A stretch of 64,000 bases of DNA from Eledone cirrhosa (taxonomy: Eukaryota), in assembly GCA_964016885.1 (NCBI GenBank), contig OZ024742.1, positions 157,108,001-157,172,000 on the forward strand, in the 5' to 3' direction. Below, piece after piece: positions 37,685-51,022 of this stretch. Under the pieces are notes generated by a model. That model searched no databases. It was not told the origin of the DNA and was given only the letters and a program-made list of their open reading frames with translations. Each line of letters opens with the position of its first letter. The first letter of the stretch is position 1. The position numbers and the translations under genes were made by a program.

Positions 37685-37685
<1 letters not shown>
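36827..37685 (-). mobile_element. Non-coding element with about 616 nt unit and about 235 bp terminal direct repeats
   Basis: 36827-37060 matches 37443-37680. The rc is homologous to 7013-7688. TA-rich flanks. Strand is nominal. Confidence 0.7.
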
Positions 37686-37744
<59 letters not shown>

Positions 37745-37844
37745 TCTCGGTATGGTGAACTAACTGTTGTGTAACCACTTCTACCTAACTCGTCCCATGG
37801 ACTGAGTGCTCTACCACTACGGATATTATCTTCCAGTGTTCTAC

Positions 37845-37909
<65 letters not shown>

Positions 37910-37912
<3 letters not shown>

Positions 37913-38733
37913 AAAGTCGTCCTTCATCAGTGATCTTCCAACCATCATCGGTATTTCTTCGCTAAAGAAAGTCGTTGGGACATGTAAAGAAAGGGAACAG
38001 CGAGAGTGTAAGAAACAAAGACAGGGAAGCAACGAAAAGTGAGGAAGAGCGAGTCAAGTCCAAAAATTTCCATGAATATAAGTTCGGTGAAATCATGAAC
38101 GAGAGAGAATAAAGACCATCAAACCTGGTTGAAATGTGAGCAAGGAATGAATTTCGCATAGGGCTAACGGGAGGAAGAAGGGGTCTAGTCTGTGAAATCG
38201 GTAAAAATCAGTTCTGTGAAATCGTAGACGAGAGAGAGAGAATGAATGCCGACCGGCCTGGCCAAGCGTGCGAGAGAAAAGAATTACGCACAGGTCAAAC
38301 GGGAAGAAGGAGGAGGAGGAGAGGTAGTAACAGAGAGTGGGTGAGTGAAGGGTGAGGAAGAGGCTAACAGAGAGAGTGACTGTTAGAGAGGGTAAAGATA
38401 CAGAGAAAGAGGAAGCAGTAAGAACGAAATAGACGGGTCACAGCAGGGGAAAAAAATATGTGTAAATATGAGAATAAACGTGCAGCGGAGTTGCAAATGG
38501 GTTACATATGAGTAAAGTGGTCCTTCATCTGTGATCTTCCAACCATCATCGGTATTTCTTCGCTTTAAAGACCATATACCTCCGGTTGGTGCGAGCAACA
38601 GCTAAAGAAAGTCGTTGGGACATGTAAATAGAGGGAACAGCGAGAGTGTAAACAAACAAAGAGGGTGAAGCAACGAAAAGTGAGGAAGAGCGAGTCAAGT
38701 CCAAAAATTTCCATGAATATAAGTTCGGTGAAA
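37910..38733 (-). mobile_element. Non-coding element with about 600 nt unit and about 180-215 bp terminal direct repeats
   Basis: 37917-38093 matches 38519-38733 (about 37 bp indel). Purine-rich middle on plus strand. (TA)n on both sides. Confidence 0.7.
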
Positions 38734-38747
38734 TATATATATATATA

Positions 38748-39058
38748 ATTGGTGTTGGATGCTTAAAGCGTCCGTATGCGGTAGGCCGTATGAGCACTCA
38801 ATGCCCTCGTAGAGCTGAGTATGATATCACAGAAAAAGGAGAATCAGTGTTGCGACGAAAGGAATTTATTGGACATATTACAATTGTTTCTTGGGCGACG
38901 AGCTCGAGGCACAATCGTTATGCTGATCAAACCACACTCTGAAATTACTCGGTCGTCGGATACGTCTCGATTCTCCGAAGCAGATTTGGGAAAATCTTCT
39001 TCGTAGAATCAAGATGTATCTGACGACCGAGTGATTTCAGATTCAGGTTTGATCATCA
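38748..39058 (-). mobile_element. Hairpin plus tail insertion carrying an extended hammerhead
   Basis: 38921-38987 is near rc of 38992-39058. AATAAA follows the HHR on the minus strand. (TA)n flanks. Confidence 0.7.
38872..38966 (-). ncRNA. Type I hammerhead-like motif with 62 nt domain II
   Basis: rc: GACGTAT-CCGACGA-[62 nt]-GAAA-CAATTG-TA-ATATGTC. The mirror arm reads CTGACGA at 39020-39026. Confidence 0.6.
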
Positions 39059-39097
39059 TATATATATATATCGGACCCACTTAGGAATTTGGTCTTC

Positions 39098-39163
<66 letters not shown>

Positions 39164-39177
39164 AATATATACATATA

Positions 39178-39286
<109 letters not shown>

Positions 39287-39894
39287 ATGTATGTATTTCA
39301 TGACCGCTAGATGGTTTAAGATGTTTGTTTCAGAAACGTAAATAGCGAGTCGAATTTACTATAGTCACGATTTAACCAACCAATTGGAACATCACATTGT
39401 AGGCTTGCTAGGGACTTGCCTATGCCCAGCAGGGACTTGCCTATGTATCGCAGGAAATGTCACATATGAAGCGAAACCTGTGCTTGAAGCTTTAAGTGAA
39501 GCAAGGCATTGCACGGGGAACATTCCACGCTCTGAACATCGAGTGCATTTACACAAAAATAAGAACTGGTCTACCTAATTGGATGCAAATGAAGTCGAAT
39601 ATTTTATATAAGAATAGACTTCTCCCAGAGGGATGTCTTAATGAAAATTAGGAGTTTATCGCTCCCAAAAAAAAAAATATAATAATTTATTGGAGACTGT
39701 TAACTGCGCTCTGTCCCCCCCCCTCCTGATATGTTGTTTTCCATCCGGCAGGATCTCCAAACATCACCCTCATCACAACACATGCACAGATTGTATTGGG
39801 AAACATTTAACCAGGAGAGTTGGAGGACGACCAGACATATAATATAGGGCCGGCCGTCAAAGAAACAACACCACACGGCCCCCTGTATCATGAA

Positions 39895-40182
39895 AAAGAA
39901 ATATTTTTCATGGAAATTATCGGATGTTTACAAATTTAAAGGCTTCTTAGGAACCTTAAATGTTTTTTCTAGGTGTTGCCGTTTGAGGAGCTATGGTAAC
40001 TTATAGTCCTTAGTGAAATATGTATAACAGAGTTTTAAATAAACCTGAGTCAAAAGCATATGGACTCCGACATTTTTTACTTAATTTAATTATATATTTA
40101 TATATATATAGTTTAATATAAATGCACAGAAAACAAAAAAACAGACAGGCAGTACAAAGGATATTGTTTATAATTTGATGCT

Positions 40183-40227
<45 letters not shown>

Positions 40228-40412
40228 TTAAATAAAAATGTCGGAGTCCATATTCTGTCGACTCAGGTATATTTAATACTCTGTTATACATATTTCACTA
40301 AGGACTATCAGTTGGCAGATCTTCAAACGGCAACACCTAAAATAAACATTCAATGTTCCTAAGAAACCTTTAAATTTGTAAAAATCTATAGTTACCCTGA
40401 AAAGTATTTCTT
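39895..40412. repeat. Diverged inverted pair (about 190 bp) around a (TA)n tract, pLTR-like
   Basis: 39900-40090 is near rc of 40220-40412. Contains a decayed CTGATAG...GAAATATGTA motif followed by AATAAA in one arm. Confidence 0.6.
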
Positions 40413-40444
40413 ATACATATACATATATATATATGTCTGTGTGA

Positions 40445-40525
<81 letters not shown>

Positions 40526-40577
40526 TAAACAAATAATGAATAAACAATGAAACAGTTCCTTATATTAAACAAAAAAG

Positions 40578-40731
40578 TTCATTATTTAACGATCGTTTCT
40601 AGGATATATATGTGTTAGAATTGGCATGCATATTCAACAGATCTATGTACAAAATTATACAAAATTATACAAACTATCAAGATTAAACATACATACCAAC
40701 ACATATATACGCCGTCTTCAGAAATAATGAA
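40578..40731 (-). ncRNA. Mirror copy of the extended hammerhead in the inverted pLTR
   Basis: Near-exact rc of 47644-47795. Confidence 0.78.
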
Positions 40732-41359
40732 ATATATTTATTGATAATAACAACAATTCAAAATTTCAGGTCCGTTTGGGAACAAAATTGACCAATGAAA
40801 ATACAAAAGGTTTAATGCAGTTCGGTGTGTGTATATACATGTAACTACCCTTACACATATTTTACAAAATGTATGCACAACTTGTATACGCATACCAAAA
40901 GGATGGATGCAAATACAAAATTTCAAGGTTAATGTCTCTGTAAGTTTATAATGCACAGATAAGATGCGTATAGACACATAAATATGAAATAAGTGTATAC
41001 ACATAATCTCATACTCACACATATCCGTACAATCACACACACACGCGCGTATATGCATAAACATACACATAACTACGAACATACAAACACACACACACCC
41101 CCACTCACATATATATATGTGGATATAAAATCCTAAGCACATGGATATTAATTCACTCACATAAACACTGGCACACACATTTAGATCAAGATACAGAAAT
41201 TAGGTGGGAGGGGGGAGAGGTCAGTATTCAACGGTTTGGGCAGACTGCTTAATATAGATGTATCTATAAACTAAGAAAATAAAAAATAATAAATAATAAA
41301 TAAACATTAAAAAGGAAAGAAAAGAAAAAGAAAAAAGAAAAAAGAAATATATCAAGAAA

Positions 41360-41422
<63 letters not shown>

Positions 41423-41521
41423 CACACATATACACATATATATATATATACACATATACAAACACATACATACATATACACACATCCACACTTAGAACAT
41501 GATGATGACTTCTTACTCCTT

Positions 41522-43876
41522 ATGATTCAAAAAACTAATAATTTTATCAGAAGGGTTAGATGGAGAGCCTACCACTTCGATAGAAAATCTAAACAAGCAG
41601 ATCGGAAATATATGTATGATTTCAATACTTACAAGAATCCACCACACAACTTTTTACTTGAAGACTTCGAGAAAGACCTTTTTAATTTAATTAAACACCT
41701 CAAATTTAAAAAGTATAAATCCGTCTTTCAAAAGGACCTTGATTCTACCCTATTGGACCTAAAAAAGTCTAAAAAAATCCATGTCCACTCGGACAAAACT
41801 GGTAACTTGTATCATATGGATATTGAACATTATAATGAGTTCATATATAAAGAACTCAGAAAAAATTATAAAAAATCTAATAATGCGTCACTCACCAACA
41901 TCAACAACAAAACACACAACATAGTAAAAAAACTAAACATTGAAGATAGAACTGAACCTTTGGCATTGAAAAGACCACACTTCAACCTGAAGGATCATAA
42001 ATCAAACTTTAACTCAAATCCTTCTATTAGACTTATATGTCCCTCCAAATCAGATATTGGAATAATTAGCAAAAAAATTTTGGATAGAGTCATCCCACAA
42101 ATAAGAAAACACGTTATTTTACCACTCTGGGAAAACACCTCCCAGGTAATTAACTGGTTTAAAAATATTAGATGTAAATCTTCTGCTTCATTTCTACAAT
42201 TTGATATAGATAATTACTATTCTTCTATATCACCTATACTCCTGAACAAAGCATTGATATTTGCTAAAAATAGATCTAACTTAACTTTGGATGACATTAA
42301 TATTATTACACATGCTAGATTAACACTTATTGAATTTCAGAATGAATACTGGACCAGAAACACATATAGTAATCTATTTGATATTACTATGGGTTCAAGC
42401 GATTCCGCCCAAATTACTGATCTTGTGGGCCTCTTTCTCCTTTTCAACATAAATGCCTCCTTTCCCCACCTCAAAGGTGGTTTATATCGTGATGACTGTC
42501 TTCTTCTTTCTAACAACCTTAGCCTTTCAGAAATTGAAAAAAACAAAAAACATATTAGAACTTTCCTTAAAGACTATTATAATCTTAATATTACTTTTGA
42601 AAACACAAGTAAAGTAGTAAATTTCCTAGATATAACTTTAGATTTAGCTACGGGTATCTACCAACCTTACCATAAACCAAACCAAAACTTACATTACATA
42701 CACTCACAATCTAATCACCCTAAATCTATCCTTAAAAACCTTGCATATAATATATCACTTAGAATTTCTAACCTTTCTTCTAACCAAGATGTATTTGATA
42801 AAAATGCGACCTTCTATAACGAAGCTCTAGATAGAAGTGGCCACAAAAATAGATTAGAATATATACCTTCTACTAAAAATACTGAAAGCATATAACCTAA
42901 TATTACCAACAAACACCAAATGAAAAGTACACACCTAAATGCCACCCACACTATACCCCAAAATACCAAATCTTCTAATATAAAGTATAGTAACTCTCAA
43001 AAAACTACTCATCATACAACTCTAATAAATATTAATAATAAAACTCCTAATAAAAAGGATAAAACACCTAAATCTACAAATATAACTAAAAATGGTTGTG
43101 GTGAGATCATTAACATTAATCCTCCTAGTAAAAATCACGATACAACCTATAAAAATAATAAAAATAATAAACAACATAGAAACCGTAATAGACGGGTTAC
43201 TTGGTATAATGCTCCATTTAATTTACAAATTAAGGATAATATTGCTAAAAATTTTTTTATATCCTAGAGAAAAACTTCCCGCCAAACCACAAATACCATC
43301 AAATCTTAAATAGGTCTACAGTTAAATTCTCATACTCTACAACAAATAACATAAAACAAAATATAAGTGCCTATAATGCATATAAATGTAAGAAAACCAT
43401 AAGTATACCACCAGTACATCAAATTAACCATAATATCTCCTCAAATACAGAATTAACGAAAGGTTGTAACTGTAGAAACAAAGCAAACTGCCCATTAAAA
43501 GGGAATTGTCTTGTTAACAACATAGTCTATAAATGTAATGTTAAAACTAAAGATTCTATTTGCTCATATATAGGAGCTACCTCTAACAATTTTAAGACAA
43601 GGTTTAATACCCACAAGCATAGTTTTAAAAATGCCGCACTGGCTAATACAACATCTCTAGCAGAAAAAATCAATAGTTATAAAAATAAGAATATAGAATA
43701 TGATTTGACCTGGAGCCACCCCTTATCAAAATAATAGAAATGAATGTAGATTATGTTCCCAAGAACTATTTGAAATAATGAAATCTAAGGATATCCTATT
43801 AAATAAACGACAGGAATTAATTATATCGTGTAATCATAAACTAAAAAAAACATTTAAATATTATAAACCTAATTAA
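41522..43876 (+). pseudogene. PLE RT plus GIY-YIG polyprotein (in-frame stop at 42893, two later frameshifts)
   Basis: LKDHKSNF, FLQFDIDNYY, MGSSDSAQI, GLYRDDCL, NFLDITL, WYNAPF, GCNCRNKANCPLKGNCLVNNIVYKC, YIGAT, CRLC, LLNKRQEL..SCNH. Confidence 0.92.
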
Positions 43877-45206
43877 TAACATTATTTTAGAAATTAATTT
43901 AATTTAAATGTTAGTTAACTTATAAATTTAATTTAATTAAAATTCTATTACAAATGAGAATATAAAATATTATGTAATCATAAATTGTGAAAAAACCTTT
44001 AAATATTACTAATATATACTTACTTAGTAATTTAATTTATAGATTAATTTTAATTTATTTAAACCTTTTATTATAATTCTTTTACAGATAAAATATAACA
44101 AAATATCGTGTATCCAATGACAGAGAAATAATTTTTAGTATTATAGACCTAATTAATATACATTTTAGAAATATATTTATAATTTGGTTTTAATTTTAGT
44201 CAACCTAAAAATTTAATTTAATTGGCTTAAAATTAGTATCCTTATACAGACGAATTGCAGAATGTCATGTAATCATAGAATGGGATGTGTTTTGGATATA
44301 TACCTAGTTAATATATTCTTTGCAATTTTTGAAAAAATATGTATATGTATATGTGTATGTGTATGTGTGTGTGTGTGTATATGTGTATATATGTGTATAT
44401 ATATATGTATATATATGTATATATATATGTGTATGTATATGTATATGTATATGTATTAATTTTGATTTCTATTTGCATATAATTATATTCTGCTATTGAT
44501 AAAATACAATATCTGTTTTATTTATTATATACCTAATTAACATATACTATAGAAATAAATATATAATTTTTAATTTAGTTAACCTATAATTTATATTCTA
44601 CTACCGATGTAATACTTTATTTGTTTTTTTCCTATTACTAAAATTCATTTCCTCATATTGATACCATAACGTTATTAACTTTAATTTAGTTATACTATAA
44701 TTAATACTCTATTACTATTTAACTTCAAAATTCTGCTTCAAATATTATAAACCTAACTAATTTACACCTTAGAAATCAATATGTTAACTATCTTTAGTTT
44801 AGTTAACATATAATTAATGGTATACTTATTTATATTGAAATGCATAAATTTTGCCTTATTTCTTGTTTATTGTATTTCCTAACACTGAAACTATGTAAAA
44901 AAGCATACATTGGATCCAGATACGGATAATATTCTATGTTTCTTGAAACATATATTTACTATAATCCCCTTCTCCAACCCCCCCCCCCTTTCCCCCATAC
45001 TATTATCATCTGCGTTTGTAAGCGTGTATGTATGAATATATATGTAGGTAGGTGTATATATGTTTGGGTATTTATATCTGAATATAAAAATACATATATG
45101 CGCATGCAAATAAGAATGTAAGATTGTGTGTGTATATATATGGTGGTATGTATGTGTATATGTGTATATATGCATGTGTGTATATATATGTGTATGTGTT
45201 TGTGTG

Positions 45207-45259
<53 letters not shown>

Positions 45260-45508
45260 ATGTATGTATGTATAAGTGTGCGTGTATATATATGTATGTC
45301 TCTCTATTTATATGTCTATCTTCGTATCTATGTGGATATATGTGTGTGTGTGCATGTATACACATATATGTGTGTATGTGTATATGTGTGTATGTGTATA
45401 TATGTGTGTGTGCACACCCATATATATGTGAGTGTGTATATGTGTGTGTGTATATGTATGTGTATATATATATATATATATATATGTGTGTATATATGTC
45501 TATATTCG

Positions 45509-45573
<65 letters not shown>

Positions 45574-45791
45574 TATTTATTATTATAATATAACTTATGT
45601 GTATGTGTGTATATGTGAGGGTGTGTATGTGTATATATATATGTGTGTATATATATGTGTAAAAAAAATATATATCTGCATGTCTGTTTTTTATGTGTGT
45701 GTATATATATATATGTGTATATATATGTATATGTGGGTGTTTGTATGTGTATTTATGGTTGTATGTGTGTGTGGGTATATATATATAAGTG

Positions 45792-45822
<31 letters not shown>

Positions 45823-46151
45823 GTGTATATATATCTCTATTAATGCGTGTATATATGTATATGTATATGCCTTTTTCTTTGTATGTCTGAGTTGGGTGAG
45901 GGTGTAGTGGTGTTTCTATGTATATACGCATATATGGATGCGTATGTATTTGTATATATGAGTATATGTAAGTGCGTATGTATGTATGATTATATATCTA
46001 ATTCTATGTATGAGTATATATGTGTGTATGTATGTTGTGTGTGTATGTATGTATATGTCTATGTGTATATATATATGTATGTATGTGTGTGTATGTATCT
46101 ATGTATGTGTATGTATGTACATATATGTCTATGTATGTGTGTATGTATATG

Positions 46152-46198
<47 letters not shown>

Positions 46199-46402
46199 TT
46201 ATTTTTTATATATATGTGTGTGTGTGTATGTGTGTGTGTGTGTGTGTGTATATATATCTTTATATATGTGTATGTGTATGTTCGTGTAGGTGTATGTGTG
46301 TGTATGACTATATATGTATGTGTGTATGTGTGTATGTGTGTATATATATCTATGTGTGTGTACATGTATGTATGTGTATGTATGTGTATGTGTGTATATG
46401 TG

Positions 46403-46469
<67 letters not shown>

Positions 46470-46775
46470 GTATATGTTTCTCTATTTGTATATGTATATG
46501 TGTATAGGTATATACCTTTTTCTTTGTATGTCTGTGTTGTGTGAGAGTGTAGTGGTGTTTGTATGTATATACCGATATATAGATGCGTAAGTATGTGTCT
46601 GTATGTATGTATGTATGTCTGTATGTATTTGTGTGTATATATAGGTATGTATGTGTATATCTGTATGTATATAAGTATGTAAGTTGTATGGATATGTGCG
46701 TGTATATGTGTATATATATGTGTGTCTATATAGTATGTATGATTATATGTGTATGTATGTGTGTATATATGTATA

Positions 46776-46818
<43 letters not shown>

Positions 46819-46964
46819 ATTTATATGTATGTGTGTATATGTATGTATGTGTGTAGATGTATATGTTTATATATGTGTGTGTATGTATGTTCTAAGTGTG
46901 GATGTGTGTATATGTATGTATGTGTTTGTATATGTGTATATATATATATATGTGTATATGTGTG

Positions 46965-46995
<31 letters not shown>

Positions 46996-47643
46996 GATAT
47001 ATATATATGTATATTTTCTTGATATATTTCTTTTTTCTTTTTTCTTTTTCTTTTCTTTCCTTTTTAATGTTTATTTATTATTTATTATTTTTTATTTTCT
47101 TAGTTTATAGATACATCTATATTAAGCAGTCTGCCCAAACCGTTGAATACTGACCTCTCCCCCCTCCCACCTAATTTCTGTATCTTGATCTAAATGTGTG
47201 TGCCAGTGTTTATGTGAGTGAATTAATATCCATGTGCTTAGGATTTTATATCCACATATATATATGTGAGTGGGGGGTGTGTGTGTGTTTGTATGTTCGT
47301 AGTTATGTGTATGTTTATGCATATACGCGCGTGTGTGTGTGATTGTACGGATATGTGTGAGTACGAGATTATGTGTATACACTTATTTCATATTTATGTG
47401 TCTATACGCATCTTATCTGTGCATTATAAACTTACAGAGACATTAACCTTGAAATTTTGTATTTGCATCCATCCTTTTGGTATGCGTATACAATTTGTGC
47501 ATACATTTTGTAAAATATGTTTAAGGGTAGTTACATGTATATACACACACCAAACTGCATTAAACCTTTTGTATTTTCATTGGTCAATTTTGTTCCCAAA
47601 CGGACCTGAAATTTTGAATTGTTGTTATTATCAATAAATATAT

Positions 47644-47795
47644 TTCATTATTTCTGAAGACGGCGTATATATGTGTTGGTATGTATGTTTAATCTTGATA
47701 GTTTGTATAATTTTGTATAATTTTGTACATAGATCTGTTGAATATGCATGCCAATTCTAACACATATATCCTAGAAACGATCGTTAAATAATGAA
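47644..47795 (+). ncRNA. Type I hammerhead with 113 nt rod-like domain II
   Basis: TTCATTATTT-CTGAAGA-[113 nt]-GAAA-CGATCG-TT-AAATAATGAA, with a perfect 10 bp stem I and palindromic stem III. Confidence 0.78.
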
Positions 47796-48012
47796 CTTTT
47801 TTTGTTTAATATAAGGAACTGTTTCATTGTTTATTCATTATTTGTTTAATATTTTATCTTGACTCTGTATACCGTTTATCTTTCACCGAAAGTGATTTTT
47901 CATTACATCTCTTCTTTCCATGATATCCGGAATACATTGAGTTCTTCATACGGATTTAACACTACCGTAAACTCTTGGTAGATTTATCTACATATATATA
48001 TATATATATATA

Positions 48013-48108
<96 letters not shown>

Positions 48109-48125
48109 TATATGTATGTGTGTGA

Positions 48126-48157
<32 letters not shown>

Positions 48158-48562
48158 GTGTGTGTGTGTGTGAGTGTGTGTGTGTGTATGTATATGCGTA
48201 TTTACACACTACTTTTTTTTGTAATACACCAGAACACTGTGAGAGTTTCGGAAAAGTGTAGATGTTACCTACAGTTCTGAAGGCGTTACATGCAATTTAT
48301 GATACCATACGAATTTTTCAGTCATTCATATTTGTTTTGCCTTATTTTTTCTTCCCTCTTTCAAATATCACAATGTGATAAGGGATGCTGATTAAATTAA
48401 GCTAATATACAATGTAGATTAATATATGCCCAAATGATTAAATACTTATTGCATCTACAATAATATACGTCTAAACTCTCTGTACAATTCTACGAAATTT
48501 ATCATTGAAATATTGTATATACTGATAAAGCTATACGTTCATACATGTATTTACTCTGGTCA

Positions 48563-48674
<112 letters not shown>

Positions 48675-48759
48675 GTCCCTCTTTCTCTCTCTTTCTCTCT
48701 CTTTCTCTCTCTCTCTCTATCTCTCTCTCCCTCTCTCTCTCTCTATATATATATATGAA

Positions 48760-48915
48760 ATCATTCAGGACCCCAACGTCTGAGCTCCAGCCGTTTCGAC
48801 GGAGTTCGGATCTACCTGTCGAAACGTCCGGAGCTAAGCCGTCGGGATCCTGCTCTTTTTTTATATTACCCAGTCTACTACCCCAAGTATCGATTAATCT
48901 GCTACTTTATAGTCC
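48760..48915 (+). mobile_element. Decayed hairpin plus tail insertion of the 10931-11121 family
   Basis: CAGGACCCC...GAGCTCCAGCCGTTTCGAC / GTCGAAACG...GAGCTAAGCCGTCGGGATCCTG, then TATTACCCAGTCTACTACCCCAAGTAT. Confidence 0.7.
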
Positions 48916-49890
48916 AAACAAGATGATTCCAACTTTTTCTTTTAATTTATACGAATTGTATACGCCTTATCGAAATGTTTGAATGTCATTGAAATGTAGA
49001 TGTATATATTTACAGATGCAATTAAATAGTTAACAATCTGGGCGTATATTAATCTCCATAGTTCACTATCTTACTTAAATTAACATCCAATGTCTCTTTA
49101 AGATATTGAGAAATGGCAAGAGAAAGTAAGACAATACCAACATGAAAGAATTAGATATAAAACGCAAAGTTCGTATATCAATATAAATTCCATATTCATA
49201 CCGTGTGTCTCCATTCTGAGTGCGTACACAAATGTTTGAATAGGTTAATGTATGTTTGTGTGCATATATATATATATATAATCTCACAGTAATCATTAAT
49301 CATACTGATATGTTGGATATTTTTATCAAAAACGTCCATAATTGACATCTGTATAGCAAGACATGAATCGACAGGATTAATTCTATCATGAGCTACATTT
49401 AAAAACCACGCTTATCGTTTAACCTCACAGATCAAATGTAAGTGCCAGCGAACTATACTATGATTTATTCTGAGAAGAACAGGAATCGTAATGGATATAT
49501 AAACAAAGGCAACATGAATAATTGCAAAACGGAAGCATAATAATTAACCATTGTTGGATGGGAAGCAAATTCAAATAATTATGCGCTGTATGATGTTTTA
49601 CAGTAAAAGGAAATATAAGAATGTCAATTGATAATGTAAACTAAAGAATACATTAGCAATTACTGAAACATTATACATGTTTATATAACTTTATTCATTC
49701 TCATTAAACAGAAGTCAGTGTCAATTCGAGAATTTCATATTTGGTCTCTTCAAAATATCAAGCAAGCCGCCGATATTTAACCCTTTCACAATGATGTTTG
49801 CTTCTATAGGTAGTAGCTTCACTATATAATATGATTGATAATTTTTATAAGCTATCATAAATTTTCTGTTACAACGCATGCACATATTCA

Positions 49891-50237
<347 letters not shown>

Positions 50238-50899
50238 TATATACAACACTTATATATATGTGTGTGTGTAACAGAAAATTGTAGTTTGCTTGCGGCAGCG
50301 TGTATAATATATAATGCAAACTATTACATGTTTTAAGAAGGCTAATTCAACGCAGAATGGACTGTAACATTACATTTAAATGAAGGCGACGATAATGTTT
50401 GTGTTACCCGGCATGTCTTTTATTTTTTGTTTTGTTTTACTTTTGTTTTTTGTTGGGTTTTTCCCTCATAATAAATTCCAGCTAAGACAAATGTTTTCGT
50501 TGCTCTCATTTGCGCTAACTTTTACAGTCAATTTCGTATTAACTTAGCCTTACTCAATCATATCATGTTTTACATTATATAACATTATATAACATTATAT
50601 AACATTGCATTATTCCTGTGCCTGGGACATCCCCAGTGCTCAAACGTCGGCATTCAATTCAATTTCCGGAAATGCAACCCAACAAAAACATAATATACAC
50701 TTACCAACAGGTTTTTACTTACCAAGCCTCAAAAAATCAACTCACTACTTACACAAATTCTGCATCGAGAAAACCATATCACATTTATAATACCTAGATC
50801 ACCATCACATAAAAAAGTCTCCGAGACAATAACACAACTAATCATAAATATGTCTCCCTGCTCCAGAAATCAATTGCTGATATATATCGATGTTAAAAC

Positions 50900-50947
50900 T
50901 ACTGCTGTCGAAACGGCTGGAGCTCAGCCGTCGGGGTCCTGACTTTT

Positions 50948-50951
<4 letters not shown>
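50900..50951 (+). mobile_element. Tail-less arm of the 10931-11121 family
   Basis: GTCGAAACGGCTGGAGCTCAGCCGTCGGGGTCCTGACTTTTCCTA, then (TA)n. Confidence 0.65.

Positions 50952-51020
<69 letters not shown>

Positions 51021-51022
<2 letters not shown>

Larger units (their letters stand above)
40518..47991 (+). mobile_element. Penelope-like element (Nematis-like, family B) with about 980 bp inverted pLTR and about 4 kb microsatellite-rich 3' UTR
   Basis: 40518-41500 is near rc of 46887-47857. ORF from 41501. Tail 47858-47991 runs into (TA)n. Confidence 0.9.

Noticed and set aside
47695-47737. SECIS-like UGA...AA...GA in the HHR insert
   Set aside because: Upper stem pairs poorly and the element ORF has no in-frame TGA at Cys positions
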